From Eledone cirrhosa (taxonomy: Eukaryota), in contig OZ024762.1 in assembly GCA_964016885.1 (NCBI GenBank), positions 11,222,001 through 11,286,000 of the forward strand: a DNA stretch of 64,000 bases, read 5' to 3'. A model generated the notes under the pieces. The model was not told the DNA's origin. It saw only the letters and a program-made list of their open reading frames with translations, and did no database searches. Positions 36,959 through 52,232 of the stretch are shown here, one piece after another. The translations under genes and the position numbers were made by a program. The stretch's first letter is position 1. Each line of letters opens with the position of its first letter.

Positions 36959-38153
36959 TTTGAGTCTCAATCATTGATGTTATTTAACTGGAAAGTTTGT
37001 TCAAATGAATATCAAGCCGCTACCTGCAGCCTCAGATATTCAGAACATATCAGAGGGTTCCGGCTGTACCCAGCAAGCAGGCCTTTTGAAGTGTTCCAAA
37101 AAAAAGGGGGGGGGGGCTAGACTAATGTCTTTTAACCATCCTTGAAAACTCTTCGAGATAGTACCTAGTGCTCCTCTGACAATCGGGATGATCTTGATCT
37201 CATGACAGTCCCAAATCCTTTTTAACTCCCACTTTATGCAATACAATGAGATATTATGTGAGGTAAAGCCGTTACTGTGAAAATACAATAGTATATATAG
37301 AGTAATGTAAATGGTAAAGGGTTAAATTAGATTGATGAGATTGTAGTAGTAGTAGTAGTATCTTTACTACTATAAATACTACTACTATTAACATAATTAT
37401 TATTATTCACAATGAAATAGCCAAAATAGTAGAGAATTACCTTTTCAATATGGTAGAGAGCCCAGTGCCAGTAGACATGAAAGGATAACATGTCACATGA
37501 CTACAAAGATAGAAAGATGTCATGTGATATCATACATAACTGGAGAGATATAGCAATGTGGTATATGATATGTTATGTAATATTGTAAGGTGGGATATAG
37601 CAATGTGAGATATAATATGTTATATATTATTGTATGGTAGGATATAGCAATGTGAGATATGATATGTTATGTAATATTGTATGGTGGGATATAGCAATGT
37701 GGTATATGATATGTTATGTAATAGTGTATAGTGGGATATAGCAACGTGGTATATATGTTATGTAATATTTTATAGTGGGGTATAGCAATGTGATATATAT
37801 AATGTGATATGTAATATTATATGTAATTGGTGGAATATAGCAATAACTGCAACAAAAACAACAATAGTAACAACAGCTGCAACAATAACCACTGCAACAA
37901 TAACCACTGCAACACCAACAACTGCAACAGAAACAACAGTAACAACAATCACTGCAACAACAACAATAATAACAAAGAGAATATTAAGGACAACTTACAG
38001 ACCAATCATCTTCAGTTTTCTCAAAGTATTCAATTCCTTTGTCGAAATGACCTTGCATTTCCCAGATGTGACCTTTGGCATGGCTTGCCCAAATATCAGC
38101 CTTGTTGATAGAAAGACTCTGAAATAGCCAACAAATAATCATAATTACCGATA

Positions 38154-38190
<37 letters not shown>

Positions 38191-39310
38191 AATAACAACA
38201 ACAAAACAACAACAAAGAAAATAGAAAAATGTGATAAAAGTCTGGGGCATGGCTGTGTTGTTAACCTTTAGCACGCTGAATGTTTTTATGAATTACTTCT
38301 TTTGGACACTGCATTATGCATTAAGGGGAGATCACTCTATCAGCAACATAAGGCGCCTAGAGTGCCCAGAAGGTTAAGGAGTTTGCTTTGTAACAATGTG
38401 GTTCTGGGTTTAGTTTTGCTACATCTTAGACAAGTGTTTTCTACTAAAGCCACAGATTGACGAATGCGCCCCCCCCTCACTCCCCCCGTCCAGCCAGTCT
38501 CAGAGACCCTGAAAAGGAGCTTGCTCTTGGCAGTAAAAGAAAATATATAAAATAAAATAAAAGTTACCCACCAACCTGTCTGAGCACCTCTGTGACCTCT
38601 GTAAACCCTTTGATATAAAATCACCTGGTTTAACTCTTGATGATACCAAAAGGGTCTTAAGCAAGATGATATCAAAAGGGTCTTATATGGGATGATAGCA
38701 GAGGTATAACAAGGGAAAACACTGCCTATGGCGAGCAGTGAAATTGTGCCCTTGCCCAGCACTGTATTTTTACCTATTGTTCTTAATAATTTCCATAAAT
38801 GGTTTAATGATAAAGCCACCACAGTGTTCTCACCCATGATAATCAAAGACAGATCATACATCTGAAGGAGTGTCTTTTTTCACTCTCCAACGAGGCTTAT
38901 TTGACTTTAATAGAACATCCTCCAAGTCCAAGTGGCACCCCCCTTCATGTGGAGTCTATGGTATGTGCCATGCTTGCCATACCCTGGTTAGGCCTCTGGA
39001 TGATAGCAAAGGGATTTTAGATGGGATGATGTCAGAAGGGTTAAATCAAAACCCTTCATCATTTTTATGTTGGAAAGTTTAGATAACATAATCTTCTACT
39101 TTGCCCATTGATTCCTGGGAGCTGAGTCCTCAAACATGCCTTCCAGCAGGTCTTATCTGAAGTAACTGTTTCCAACTGATCTAGCTGGATCCCCAAGAAA
39201 GACCAGCAAAACTCATGGATGTTATCCAAACATCTGGTTCAGGGTCTACCCCAGGGTCCTCTGCCAATTGGTTATATATATATGAGCATGTGTGTGGCAG
39301 TCTATCTGTC

Positions 39311-39352
<42 letters not shown>

Positions 39353-39724
39353 CTTAGAAGCTTCCTTTTCTGCTTCATCAAACAAATTGTTTTCTTCAAG
39401 TCCAAATGCCATCATGCCATGGATATAACTACAAAATATTGTTTGAAACACACATACATGTTTGTACATAATATATAAACACATGTATCTATATACATGC
39501 ATACAAACACACAAACACACACACATATATATATACATATATAAATATATATATATATATATAATTAGAAAGTGAACCACACAATATATTACTACTCCAT
39601 TCCCAAAGGTTTCGGGACACTAGACAATATCAATATACGTCTGGATCGTTCATCAGACAGATCTGTTCTATACATAGACCACTCTTTTCTTTTTTCCTTT
39701 GCTTTTCCTTTGGAATTACCTAAC

Positions 39725-39773
<49 letters not shown>

Positions 39774-40122
39774 AGGGGAAAAAACAAAGACACATGCCAG
39801 GGATTTTACATACATTCGTGTAAAAATATGAAACAAACAAATATAACAATCGAAATCCCCAATATTATGTGAGGTGCCACAAATGGGTCGTTTAATACCC
39901 CGTAGATAGAACAACCCTAGATAGGTAGATAAATATATATATATATATATAATAATAATAACAATAATAGTAATAATAAATTTGAAGACTAAAATCCAAA
40001 GAGGGCTCGATAAGGATAAATATATATCAAATATTTAAGAACCGTAGAGCAAATATTTTTCAGAAGATCCCGTTAAGGGTGAAAGCAGCGATTCTTTGCT
40101 TAAACTTTAATCTGTTATTTTA

Positions 40123-40188
<66 letters not shown>

Positions 40189-42337
40189 ATGTATATAAAG
40201 TTCTCTAGAAAATAAGAATAAAACTTACCCATGGTTAGGTACAGAGGGGGTCCAGTGAGGAAGGATGCTAGCCACAGAATCACGGAGTTGTGGAATTCTC
40301 CCAAGGTAGTAATAGGAATATGTAGACAGCTTTAAAGCCAAAAGATCTAAAGGTGTGTCCAGTAAAATATTCTCCCAGATGCGACAGGCCCCTAAATAAT
40401 CCCTGTAAATTGAAAAATAGGAAGACACTGTAGTGGAAGACCATGGAAGACTTGGGTGGAGGTGATGAGAGCTGACCTCAGATCGTTGAAGCTCACAAAG
40501 GAGATGACGAAGGACTGTGACAAATGGGGAGATGCTGTAAGGAAGAAGACCCGTCCTACCCTTGCAAGCAGGGAATGGCGAATGTATGATGGTGATGATG
40601 ATGAATAACTAATGGCTATATCTGGCATAAAACACATTAGAATCTGAAATAAATAGGAATGGACCTCCACCAGATTCGACGATGCATGCTCCTCTTCTTC
40701 AATCAATGAGACAGACTCGTAAAATTAACAAATAAGTGTCTCATCAATCCACAGACACGAGTTTCCTAATGAAATTCTTAGGGAGATTCAGTGTAACAAT
40801 GTGTGACAAGGTTAACAAGTTAAATTACAGGTACAGTCAATCTTACAGGCTTTCAAACAGTTTCCGTCAACCCAATTTTATGTACTAGGCTTGGGTCGAC
40901 CCAGGGATGTAGTAAAAGGTACTTACTCAAGGTATTACTTTATGGGATTTAACCCTAATGATTGCAAAGCAAACATTTTAACTAGATGACTATGCAGTTT
41001 CCATATATACATGTCAAGTGCTACTTCTTATCAGAAGAATGATATCTCTTCATTGAACAATGCACAAACATGTGCACAGAGGTCACTTTTCAGACCTGCT
41101 TTTATTTTGCAGGTACGTTCACAGGTAAGATACTTGAACTATCTGACAGCTGGGTTGTGTCTTCATGCATTTTACCATGTCAAGTCAGTCCACCCGCTGA
41201 CTTGGAAATTAAGTCACTCTTACTGCAAATGTACCATGGAATGTGTGGTAGTAGAACTATCTCACAGTTGGAGAGGAGGGAGATAGGGCACCCTAAGGGG
41301 TGAAAAACAAAACCTGACAAAAGACAGAGGAATGGATAAGAGTCACTAGCCATCCAATAGTGTGCACAGATGTATATATATTGTGTACATATGTATGTGT
41401 GTGGGGAGGTGACTGCGAGTGTTTTAAACTTTTAAATAATTTTCATTTTAAAACAGTGTTGTCTCTGATCGAGACGAAGCAAGAGTGCAGTTGATTGAAT
41501 TGACCACTTGCTGCTGATCTCTGTCCTCTGATGCATTCTAACCCATCACTGTTTTTGACAGAATTTAACTATTTTAACGGCTGTTCTCAAAATAAATACT
41601 TTCAAAATCTCATAGATTCGATATTATGCGAGATATTATGTGAGGTAAAGCCTTTACTGTGAAAATACAATAGTATATATAGAGTAATGTAAATGTTATG
41701 TGAGGTATTATGTGAGGTAAAGCCTTTACTGTGAAAATACAATAGTATATATAGAGTAATGTAAATGTTATGAGATATTATGTGAGGTAAAGCCTTTACT
41801 GTGAAAATACAATAGTATATATAGAGTAATGTAAATATTATGTGAGATATTATGTGAGGTAAAGCCTTTACTGTGAAAATACAATAGTATATATAGAGTA
41901 ATGTGAATGTTATGAGATATTATGTGAGGTAAAGCCTTTACTGTGAAAATAAAATAGTAAATATAGAGTAAAGTAAATGGTAACGGGTTAAATTCACTTG
42001 AAATATTTACCCCTTGGCTCCACATTCAACAGCATCGACATGCTGTGCCTCCCAAGGTGTCACAGTCGGAGCACGTGACATTGCCTTCAGTTTCTTGACT
42101 TCATCTTGGAAAGTGGCGTTTCCAAGTAAATTTTGGTTGGCTGAGAAGATGGCCAGAGCCTTCTGAAATACGTGGCCCATGACTGGAGATATGTAAATAT
42201 AAGAAGAGGAGGAAAAAAATGATAACAACAACAAACAAAAAAACGGAGAAATCATCATCATCATCATCGTCATCATCATCGTCATCATCATCACCATTGC
42301 CATCATCATCATCACCAACGTCGCCATCACCATCGCC

Positions 42338-42368
<31 letters not shown>

Positions 42369-42512
42369 TCACCATCGCCATCACCATCACCATCGCCATC
42401 ATCATCATCATCATCACCACGTCACCATCACTGTCGCCATCCCCATCGCCATCATCATCATCACAATCATCATCATCATCATCATCGCCATCGCCATCAT
42501 CATTATCAACGC

Positions 42513-42547
<35 letters not shown>

Positions 42548-42644
42548 CGATCGTCACCATCACCGTCGCCATCCCCATCATCATCATCATCATCACAATC
42601 ATCATCATCATCATCATCGCCATCGCCATCATCATTATCAACGC

Positions 42645-42679
<35 letters not shown>

Positions 42680-45600
42680 CGATCGTCACCATCACCGTCG
42701 CCATCCCCATCATCATCATCATCATCATCACCATCGCCATCGCCATCGCCATCATCATCACCACCATCACCATCGCAATCATCATCATCATCATCGCCTT
42801 CATCATCATCACCATCCTCATCATCAACATTATCATTATCATCATCATCATCATCACCACCAACGTCGCCATCATTATCATCATGACCGTCCATGTCTTA
42901 CTCATACAGAACTGTTTCTGGCTTGGCGTCTTTGGCTGGATGTCTTTCCTAATGTCAACAACATTTACAGTGTGGGCCGGGTGCTTTTTGTTGACACCTA
43001 CACGACGTTGGCACTCCATCTGAGGAGGGAGCTCCGCGAGGTGGGGTTGCTGTTACAGTAGGTGTCGCTGGCCATTCATCATCATAATCATCCTCAACAT
43101 TCAACATCAGGCTTTTAAAGCCATCATCATCATCATCATCCTGAACATTCAACATCAGGCTTTTAAAGTCATCATCATCATCAACATCATCCTCAACATT
43201 TAACATCAGGCTTTTAAAGTCATCATCATCATCATCCTCAACATTTAACATCAGGCTTTTAAAGTCATCATCATCATCATCCTCAACATTCAACATCAGG
43301 TTTTTAAAGTCATCATCATCATCATCATCATCCTGAACATTCAACATCAGGCTTTTAAAGTCATCATCATCATCATCATCATCCTGAACATTCAACATCA
43401 GGCTTTTAAAGTCATCATCATCATCATCCTGAACATTCAACATCAGGCTTTTAAAGTCATCATCATCATCATCATCATCCTGAACATTCAACATCAGGCT
43501 TTTAAAGTCATCATCATCATCATCATCATCCTGAACATTCAACATCAGGTTTTTAAAGTCATCATCATCATCATCATCATCCTGAACATTCAACATCAGG
43601 CTTTTAAAGTCATCATCATCATCATCATCATCCTGAACATTCAACATCAGGCTTTTAAAGTCATCATCATCATCATCATCATCCTGAACATTCAACATCA
43701 GGCTTTTAAAGTCATCATCATCATCATCATCATCCTGAACATTCAACATCAGGCTTTTAAAGTCATCATCATCATCATCATCATCCTGAACATTCAACAT
43801 CAGGCTTTTAAAGTCATCATCATCATCATCATCATCCTGAACATTCAACATCAGGCTTTTAAAGTCATCATCATCATCATCATCATCCTGAACATTCAAC
43901 ATCAGGCTTTTAAAGTCATCATCATCATCATCATCATCCTGAACATTCAACATCAGGCTTTTAAAGTCATCATCATCATCATCATCATCCTGAACATTCA
44001 ACATCAGGCTTTTAAAGTCATCATCATCATCATCATCATCCTGAACATTCAACATCAGGCTTTTAAAGTCATCATCATCATCATCATCATCCTGAACATT
44101 CAACATCAGGCTTTTAAAGTCATCATCATCATCATCATCATCCTGAACATTCAACATCAGGCTTTTAAAGTCATCATCATCATCATCATCATCCTGAACA
44201 TTCAACATCAGGCTTTTAAAGTCATCATCATCATCATCATCATCCTGAACATTCAACATCAGGCTTTTAAAGTCATCATCATCATCATCATCATCCTGAA
44301 CATTCAACATCAGGTTTTTAAAGTCATCATCATCATCATCATCATCCTGAACATTCAACATCAGGCTTTTAAAGTCATCATCATCATCATCATCATCCTG
44401 AACATTCAACATCAGGCTTTTAAAGTCATCATCATCATCATCATCATCCTGAACATTCAACATCAGGCTTTTAAAGTCATCATCATCATCATCATCATCC
44501 TGAACATTCAACATCAGGCTTTTAAAGTCATCATCATCATCATCATCATCCTGAACATTCAACATCAGGCTTTTAAAGTCATCATCATCATCATCATCAT
44601 CCTGAACATTCAACATCAGGCTTTTAAAGTCATCATCATCATCATCATCATCCTCAACATTCAACATCAGGTTTTTAAAGTCATCATCATCATCATCATC
44701 ATCCTGAACATTCAACATCAGGCTTTTAAAGTCATCATCATCATCATCATCATCCTGAACATTCAACATCAGGCTTTTAAAGTCATCATCATCATCATCA
44801 TCATCCTGAACATTCAACATCAGGCTTTTAAAGTCATCATCATCATCATCATCATCCTGAACATTCAACATCAGGCTTTTAAAGTCATCATCATCATCAT
44901 CATCATCCTGAACATTCAACATCAGGTTTTTAAAGTCATCATCATCATCATCATCATCCTGAACATTCAACATCAGGCTTTTAAAGTCATCATCATCATC
45001 ATCATCATCCTGAACATTCAACATCAGGCTTTTAAAGCCATCATCATCATCATCATCATCCTCAACATTTAACATCAGGTTTTTAAAGTCATCATCATCA
45101 TCATCATCATCCTGAACATCCAACATCAGGTTTTTAAAGTCATCATCATCATCATCATCATCCTGAACATTCAACATCAGGCTTTTAAAGTCATCATCAT
45201 CATCATCATCATCCTGAACATTCAACATCAGGCTTTTAAAGCCATCATCATCATCATCATCATCCTCAACATTTAACATCAGGTTTTTAAAGTCATCATC
45301 ATCATCATCATCATCCTGAACATTCAACATCAGGCTTTTAAAGCCATCATCATCATCATCATCATCCTGAACATTCAACATCAGGTTTTTAAAGTCATCA
45401 TCATCATCATCCTCCTCAACATTCAACATCAGGCTTTTAAAATCATCATCATCATCATCATCATCCTGAACATTCAACATCAGGTTTTTAAAGTCATCAT
45501 CATCATCATCATCATCCTGAACATTCAACATCAGGCTTTTAAAGTCATCATCATCATCATCATCATCCTGAACATTCAACATCAGGCTTTTAAAGTCATC

Positions 45601-48600
45601 ATCATCATCATCATCATCCTGAACATTCAACATCAGGTTTTTAAAGTCATCATCATCATCATCATCATCCTCAACATTCAACATCAGGCTTTTAAAGTCA
45701 TCATCATCATCATCATCCTGAACATTCAACATCAGGTTTTTAAAGTCATCATCATCATCATCATCATCCTCAACATTCAACATCAGGCTTTTAAAGTCAT
45801 CATCATCATCATCATCATCCTGAACATTCAACATCAGGTTTTTAAAGTCATCATCATCATCATCATCATCCTGAACATTCAACATCAGGCTTTTAAAGTC
45901 ATCATCATCATCATCATCATCCTGAACATTCAACATCAGGCTTTTAAAGTCATCATCATCATCATCCTCATCCTGAACATTCAACATCAGGCTTTTAAAG
46001 TCATCATCATCATCATCATCATCCTGAACATTCAACATCAGGCTTTTAAAGTCATCATCATCATCATCCTCATCCTGAACATTCAACATCAGGTTTTTAA
46101 AGTCATCATCATCATCATCATCATCCTCAACATTCAACATCAGGCTTTTAAAGTCATCATCATCATCATCCTCATCCTGAACATTCAACATCAGGTTTTT
46201 AAAGTCATCATCATCATCATCATCATCCTCAACATTCAACATCAGGCTTTTAAAGTCATCATCATCATCATCATCATCCTGAACATTCAACATCAGGTTT
46301 TTAAAGTCATCATCATCATCATCATCCTGAACATTCAACATCAGGTTTTTAAAGTCATCATCATCATCATCATCATCCTCAACATTCAACATCAGGCTTT
46401 TAAAGTCATCATCATCATCATCATCCTCAACATTCAACATCAGGCTTTTAAAGTCATCATCATCATCATCATCCTGAACATTCAACATCAGGTTTTTAAA
46501 GTCATCATCATCATCATCATCATCCTCAACATTCAACATCAGGCTTTTAAAGTCATCATCATCATCATCATCCTGAACATTCAACATCAGGTTTTTAAAG
46601 TCATCATCATCATCATCATCCTGAACATTCAACATCAGGTTTTTAAAGTCATCATCATCATCATCATCATCCTCAACATTCAACATCAGGCTTTTAAAGT
46701 CATCATCATCATCATCATCCTCAACATTCAACATCAGGCTTTTAAAGTCATCATCATCATCATCATCCTGAACATTCAACATCAGGTTTTTAAAGTCATC
46801 ATCATCATCATCATCCTCAACATTCAACATCAGGCTTTTAAAGTCATCATCATCATCATCATCATCCTGAACATTCAACATCAGGTTTTTAAAGTCATCA
46901 TCATCATCATCATCATCCTGAACATTCAACATCAGGCTTTTAAAGTCATCATCATCATCATCATCATCCTCAACATTCAACATCAGGCTTTTAAAGTCAT
47001 CATCATCATCATCATCCTGAACATTCAACATCAGGTTTTTAAAGTCATCATCATCATCATCCTCATCCTGAACATTCAACATCAGGTTTTTAAAGTCATC
47101 ATCATCATCATCATCATCCTCAACATTCAACATCAGGCTTTTAAAGTCATCATCATCATCATCATCCTGAACATTCAACATCAGGTTTTTAAAGTCATCA
47201 TCATCATCATCCTCATCCTGAACATTCAACATCAGGTTTTTAAAGTCATCATCATCATCATCATCATCCTGAACATTCAACATCAGGCTTTTAAAGTCAT
47301 CATCATCATCATCATCATCCTGAACATTCAACATCAGGCTTTTAAAGTCATCATCATCATCATCATCATCCTGAACATTCAACATCAGGCTTTTAAAGTC
47401 ATCATCATCATCATCATCATCCTCAACATTCAACATCAGGCTTTTAAAGTCATCATCATCATCATCATCCTGAACATTCAACATCAGGTTTTTAAAGTCA
47501 TCATCATCATCATCCTCAACATTCAACATCAGGTTTTTAAAGTCATCATCATCATCATCATCATCCTCAACATTCAACATCAGGCTTTTAAAGTCATCAT
47601 CATCATCATCATCATCCTGAACATTCAACATCAGGTTTTTAAAGTCATCATCATCATCATCATCATCCTGAACATTCAACATCAGGCTTTTAAAGTCATC
47701 ATCATCATCATCATCATCCTGAACATTCAACATCAGGCTTTTAAAGTCATCATCATCATCATCATCATCCTGAACATTCAACATCAGGTTTTTAAAGTCA
47801 TCATCATCATCATCATCCTGAACATTCAACATCAGGCTTTTAAAGCCATCATCATCATCATCATCATCCTCAACATTCAACATCAGGCTTTTAAAGTCAT
47901 CATCATCATCCTCATCCTGAACATTCAACATCAGGTTTTTAAAGTCATCATCATCATCATCATCCTGAACATTCAACATCAGGTTTTTAAAGTCATCATC
48001 ATCATCATCATCATCCTCAACATTTAACATCAGGCTTTTAAAGTCATCATCATCATCATCATCATCCTGAACATTCAACATCAGGTTTTTAAAGTCATCA
48101 TCATCATCATCATCATCCTGAACATTCAACATCAGGCTTTTAAAGTCATCATCATCATCATCATCCTGAACATTCAACATCAGGTTTTTAAAGTCATCAT
48201 CATCATCATCATCCTGAACATTCAACATCAGGCTTTTAAAGCCATCATCATCATCATCATCATCCTCAACATTCAACATCAGGCTTTTAAAGTCATCATC
48301 ATCATCCTCATCCTGAACATTCAACATCAGGTTTTTAAAGTCATCATCATCATCATCATCCTGAACATTCAACATCAGGTTTTTAAAGTCATCATCATCA
48401 TCATCATCATCCTCAACATTCAACATCAGGCTTTTAAAGTCATCATCATCATCATCATCATCCTGAACATTCAACATCAGGTTTTTAAAGTCATCATCAT
48501 CATCATCATCATCCTGAACATTCAACATCAGGCTTTTAAAGTCATCATCATCATCATCATCATCCTGAACATTCAACATCAGGCTTTTAAAGTCATCATC

Positions 48601-50344
48601 ATCATCATCATCATCCTGAACATTCAACATCAGGTTTTTAAAGTCATCATCATCATCATCATCCTGAACATTCAACATCAGGCTTTTAAAGCCATCATCA
48701 TCATCATCCTCATCCTGAACATTCAACATCAGGTTTTTAAAGTCATCATCATCATCATCATCATCCTCAACATTTAACATCAGGCTTTTAAAGTCATCAT
48801 CATCATCATCATCCTGAACATTCAACATCAGGTTTTTAAAGTCATCATCATCATCATCATCATCCTCAACATTTAACATCAGGCTTTTAAAGCCATCATC
48901 ATCATCATCATCCTGAACATTCAACATCAGGTTTTTAAAGTCATCATCATCATCATCATCCTCAACATTCAAAATCAGGTTTTTAAAGTCATCATCATCA
49001 TCATCATCCTGAACATTCAACATCAGGCTTTTAAAGTCATCATCATCATCATCCTCATCCTGAACATTCAACATCAGGTTTTTAAAGTCATCATCATCAT
49101 CATCATCATCCTCAACATTTAACATCAGTCTTTTAAAGCCATCATCATCATCATCATCCTGAACATTCAACATCAGGTTTTTAAAGTCATCATCATCATC
49201 ATCATCATCCTCAACATTTAACATCAGGCTTTTAAAGCCATCATCATCATCATCATCCTGAACATTCAACATCAGGTTTTTAAAGTCATCATCATCATCA
49301 TCATCCTGAACATTCAACATCAGGTTTTTAAAGTCATCATCATCATCATCATCCTCAACATTCAACATCAGGTTTTTAAAGTCATCATCATCATCATCAT
49401 CATCCTCAACATTCAACATCAGGTTTTTAAAGTCATCATCATCATCATCATCATCCTCAACATTCAACATCAGGTTTTTAAAGTCATCATCATCATCATC
49501 ATCATCCTCAACATTCAACATCAGGTTTTTAAAGTCATCATCATCATCATCATCATCCTCAACATTCAAAATCAGGTTTTTAAAGTCATCATCATCATCA
49601 TCATCATCCTCAACATTCAACATCAGGTTTTGAAAGTCATCATCATCATCATCATCATCCTGAACATTCAACATCAGGTTTTTAAAGTCATCATCATCAT
49701 CATCATCATCCTCAACATTTAACATCAGGCTTTTAAAGTCATCATCATCATCATCATCCTGAACATTCAACATCAGGTTTTTAAAGTCATCATCATCATC
49801 ATCATCATCCTCAACATTCAACATCAGGTTTTGAAAGTCATCATCATCATCATCATCATCCTCAACATTCAACATCAGGTTTTGAAAGTCATCATCATCA
49901 TCATCATCATCCTGAACATTCAACATCAGGTTTTTAAAGTCATCATCATCATCATCATCATCCTCAACATTTAACATCAGGCTTTTAAAGTCATCATCAT
50001 CATCATCATCATCCTGAACATTCAACATCAGGTTTTTAAAGTCATCATCATCATCATCATCATCCTCAACATTTAACATCAGGCTTTTAAAGTCATCATC
50101 ATCATCATCATCATCCTGAACATTCAACATCAGGTTTTTAAAGTCATCATCATCATCATCATCATCCTCAACATTCAACATCAGGCTTTTAAAGTCATCA
50201 TCATCATCATCATCATCCTGAACATTCAACATCAGGTTTTTAAAGTCATCATCATCATCCTCATCCTGAACATTCAACATCAGGCTTTTAAAGTCATCAT
50301 CATCATCATCATCATCCTCAACATTTAACATCAGGCTTTTAAAG

Positions 50345-50377
<33 letters not shown>

Positions 50378-52192
50378 GGCTTTTAAAGTCATCATCAACA
50401 TCATCATCATCATCATTTAAAGTCCAGCTCCCTGCTAGCAAGACTGTGTCAGTCCTTAAGCAGAGCCACAGATCTTTCAGATGGGCCAGGGAGCAGAGAC
50501 TAGCATCTGACTTTCATGTTTCCCCACACACAAGTAGGTTTAAGAAATCAAATAGATACTCACTGAAATCAGGATCAGCCTGGAGCATTTTATTGGTTGT
50601 GGTAGCAATGCCGCCAAAAGATGCATCATTACAGAACCGGGTCAGCTGGCGGGATAGAAAAGACGACACAATAAATATTCATATTAGTCCTCTTGTTACC
50701 CTATATCTAATAAGAAACTTTGCATGGTGGTGCCCCAGCATGGCCTCAGTCGGTCAGCTGGAAAACGTTATAGAGTAACAGAGTAATATAATTTTGAAAA
50801 TAATCACAAATTTTTAGGGATTTAGTAAACTCATTTTTAAGTTGGAACATAACTTTTGTGGTAAAGGCTTTACCTCACATAACATTTACATTGCTCTATA
50901 TTTACTACTAACAGTGGTACCCGGTGTTGCACGGGATAAGGTATTTTGGAACGTGGGCCGCCAACAGACCTAATCGTGGAAAAACTGCATGCCAGGACAA
51001 TATGTAAAGAAAATAAACCGAATACTCTGATGGCTGGATAATCTTTAAGATTTTCCTCGATGAAGCAGGAAAAATGCAGGTTTTCGCCTAATGTGGGCCT
51101 TAGGGGATCAAGAAAATGAATTTTTTTTATGCGCATAATATGCCTTGAAATTTCGGGAAAATCGGCTAGACGTAACGCCTCCAAAAAGCCCTAAGAAGCT
51201 GAAAAAATGAAGTTTTTCACCTAATGCGAGCCCTAGGCCATAAAAAAAGTTGGATTTTCTTTGCTCACGGTATGAAGAAGAGACTGACTAATACATAGTT
51301 ACAATTTCAAGAAAATCAGTCTGATGTAACGCCTTAAAAAAACCCTAAAAAGCTTAAAAAACGCAGTTTTTCACCTAATGCGGGCCCTAGGAGATCAAAA
51401 AATTGAAGCATAAGTAATACACATGTAAAGTTTGAAAAAAATCGGTTGGGTACTTCTCGAGTTTTAGGGATTCAAACTCACATACACACACATCCTCAGG
51501 GAAGTGACGTAATGCAGACAGCCAGACATACAGACAGATATTATAAGGGCGCGACGTTATATGTATGTATCTAAAAAGAGAAAGACTAAGAATTATAGAG
51601 AGAGATCGCTAAATCGCCTAATGCGGCCCCTAGGGCATTGAAAATTTGAAATGTTTTTATGCTCAGAACACTCCCTGAAACATAAGTATTACATGTGTAA
51701 AGTTTGAAAAGAGTCAGTTAGGTGTTTCTCGAGTTTTAGGGATTCAAACTCACACACACACAGACAGACATCCTCAGTTTTATATATATAGATTATATTT
51801 TTGTGGTAAAGGCTTTATCTTACCTAATTATCTCACATAATATCGAATTTATGAGATTTTGATATTACTTATTTTGAGAACAATACCTTAACATTAGTAT
51901 GAGTGGATGGTTACAGCCAGTTTGAATAGAAAGAGGTGAGAGAATTCTGGCCAGATATTCTGGTTTAAATGCTGAAGGGTTAAGAGAGATGGATTGTGTG
52001 AATCGGTAGAGCATCAGATGTGCTTTAAGGTACATGGCTAACAGCTCTTTACATTCTGTATACATAGGGTGGGTCATTGTCAACTCTCAACTACCTGATG
52101 GTACATGGGTGAAATAGAAGAAGGTGGTGGTGGTGGTGTTGGTGATCATCATCATCATTGTGATAATCATGATGTACAACAACAACAACAAC

Positions 52193-52232
<40 letters not shown>

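Noticed and set aside
39601-39660. Hammerhead-like CUGAUGA...GAAAC on the minus strand
   Set aside because: No UH cleavage site or stem I closure; treated as a relic.
42007-43061. Poly-D, poly-H and poly-M ORFs (295, 280 and 201 aa)
   Set aside because: Frames of an (ATC)n tract; only 42011-42182 is a real TTC38 exon.
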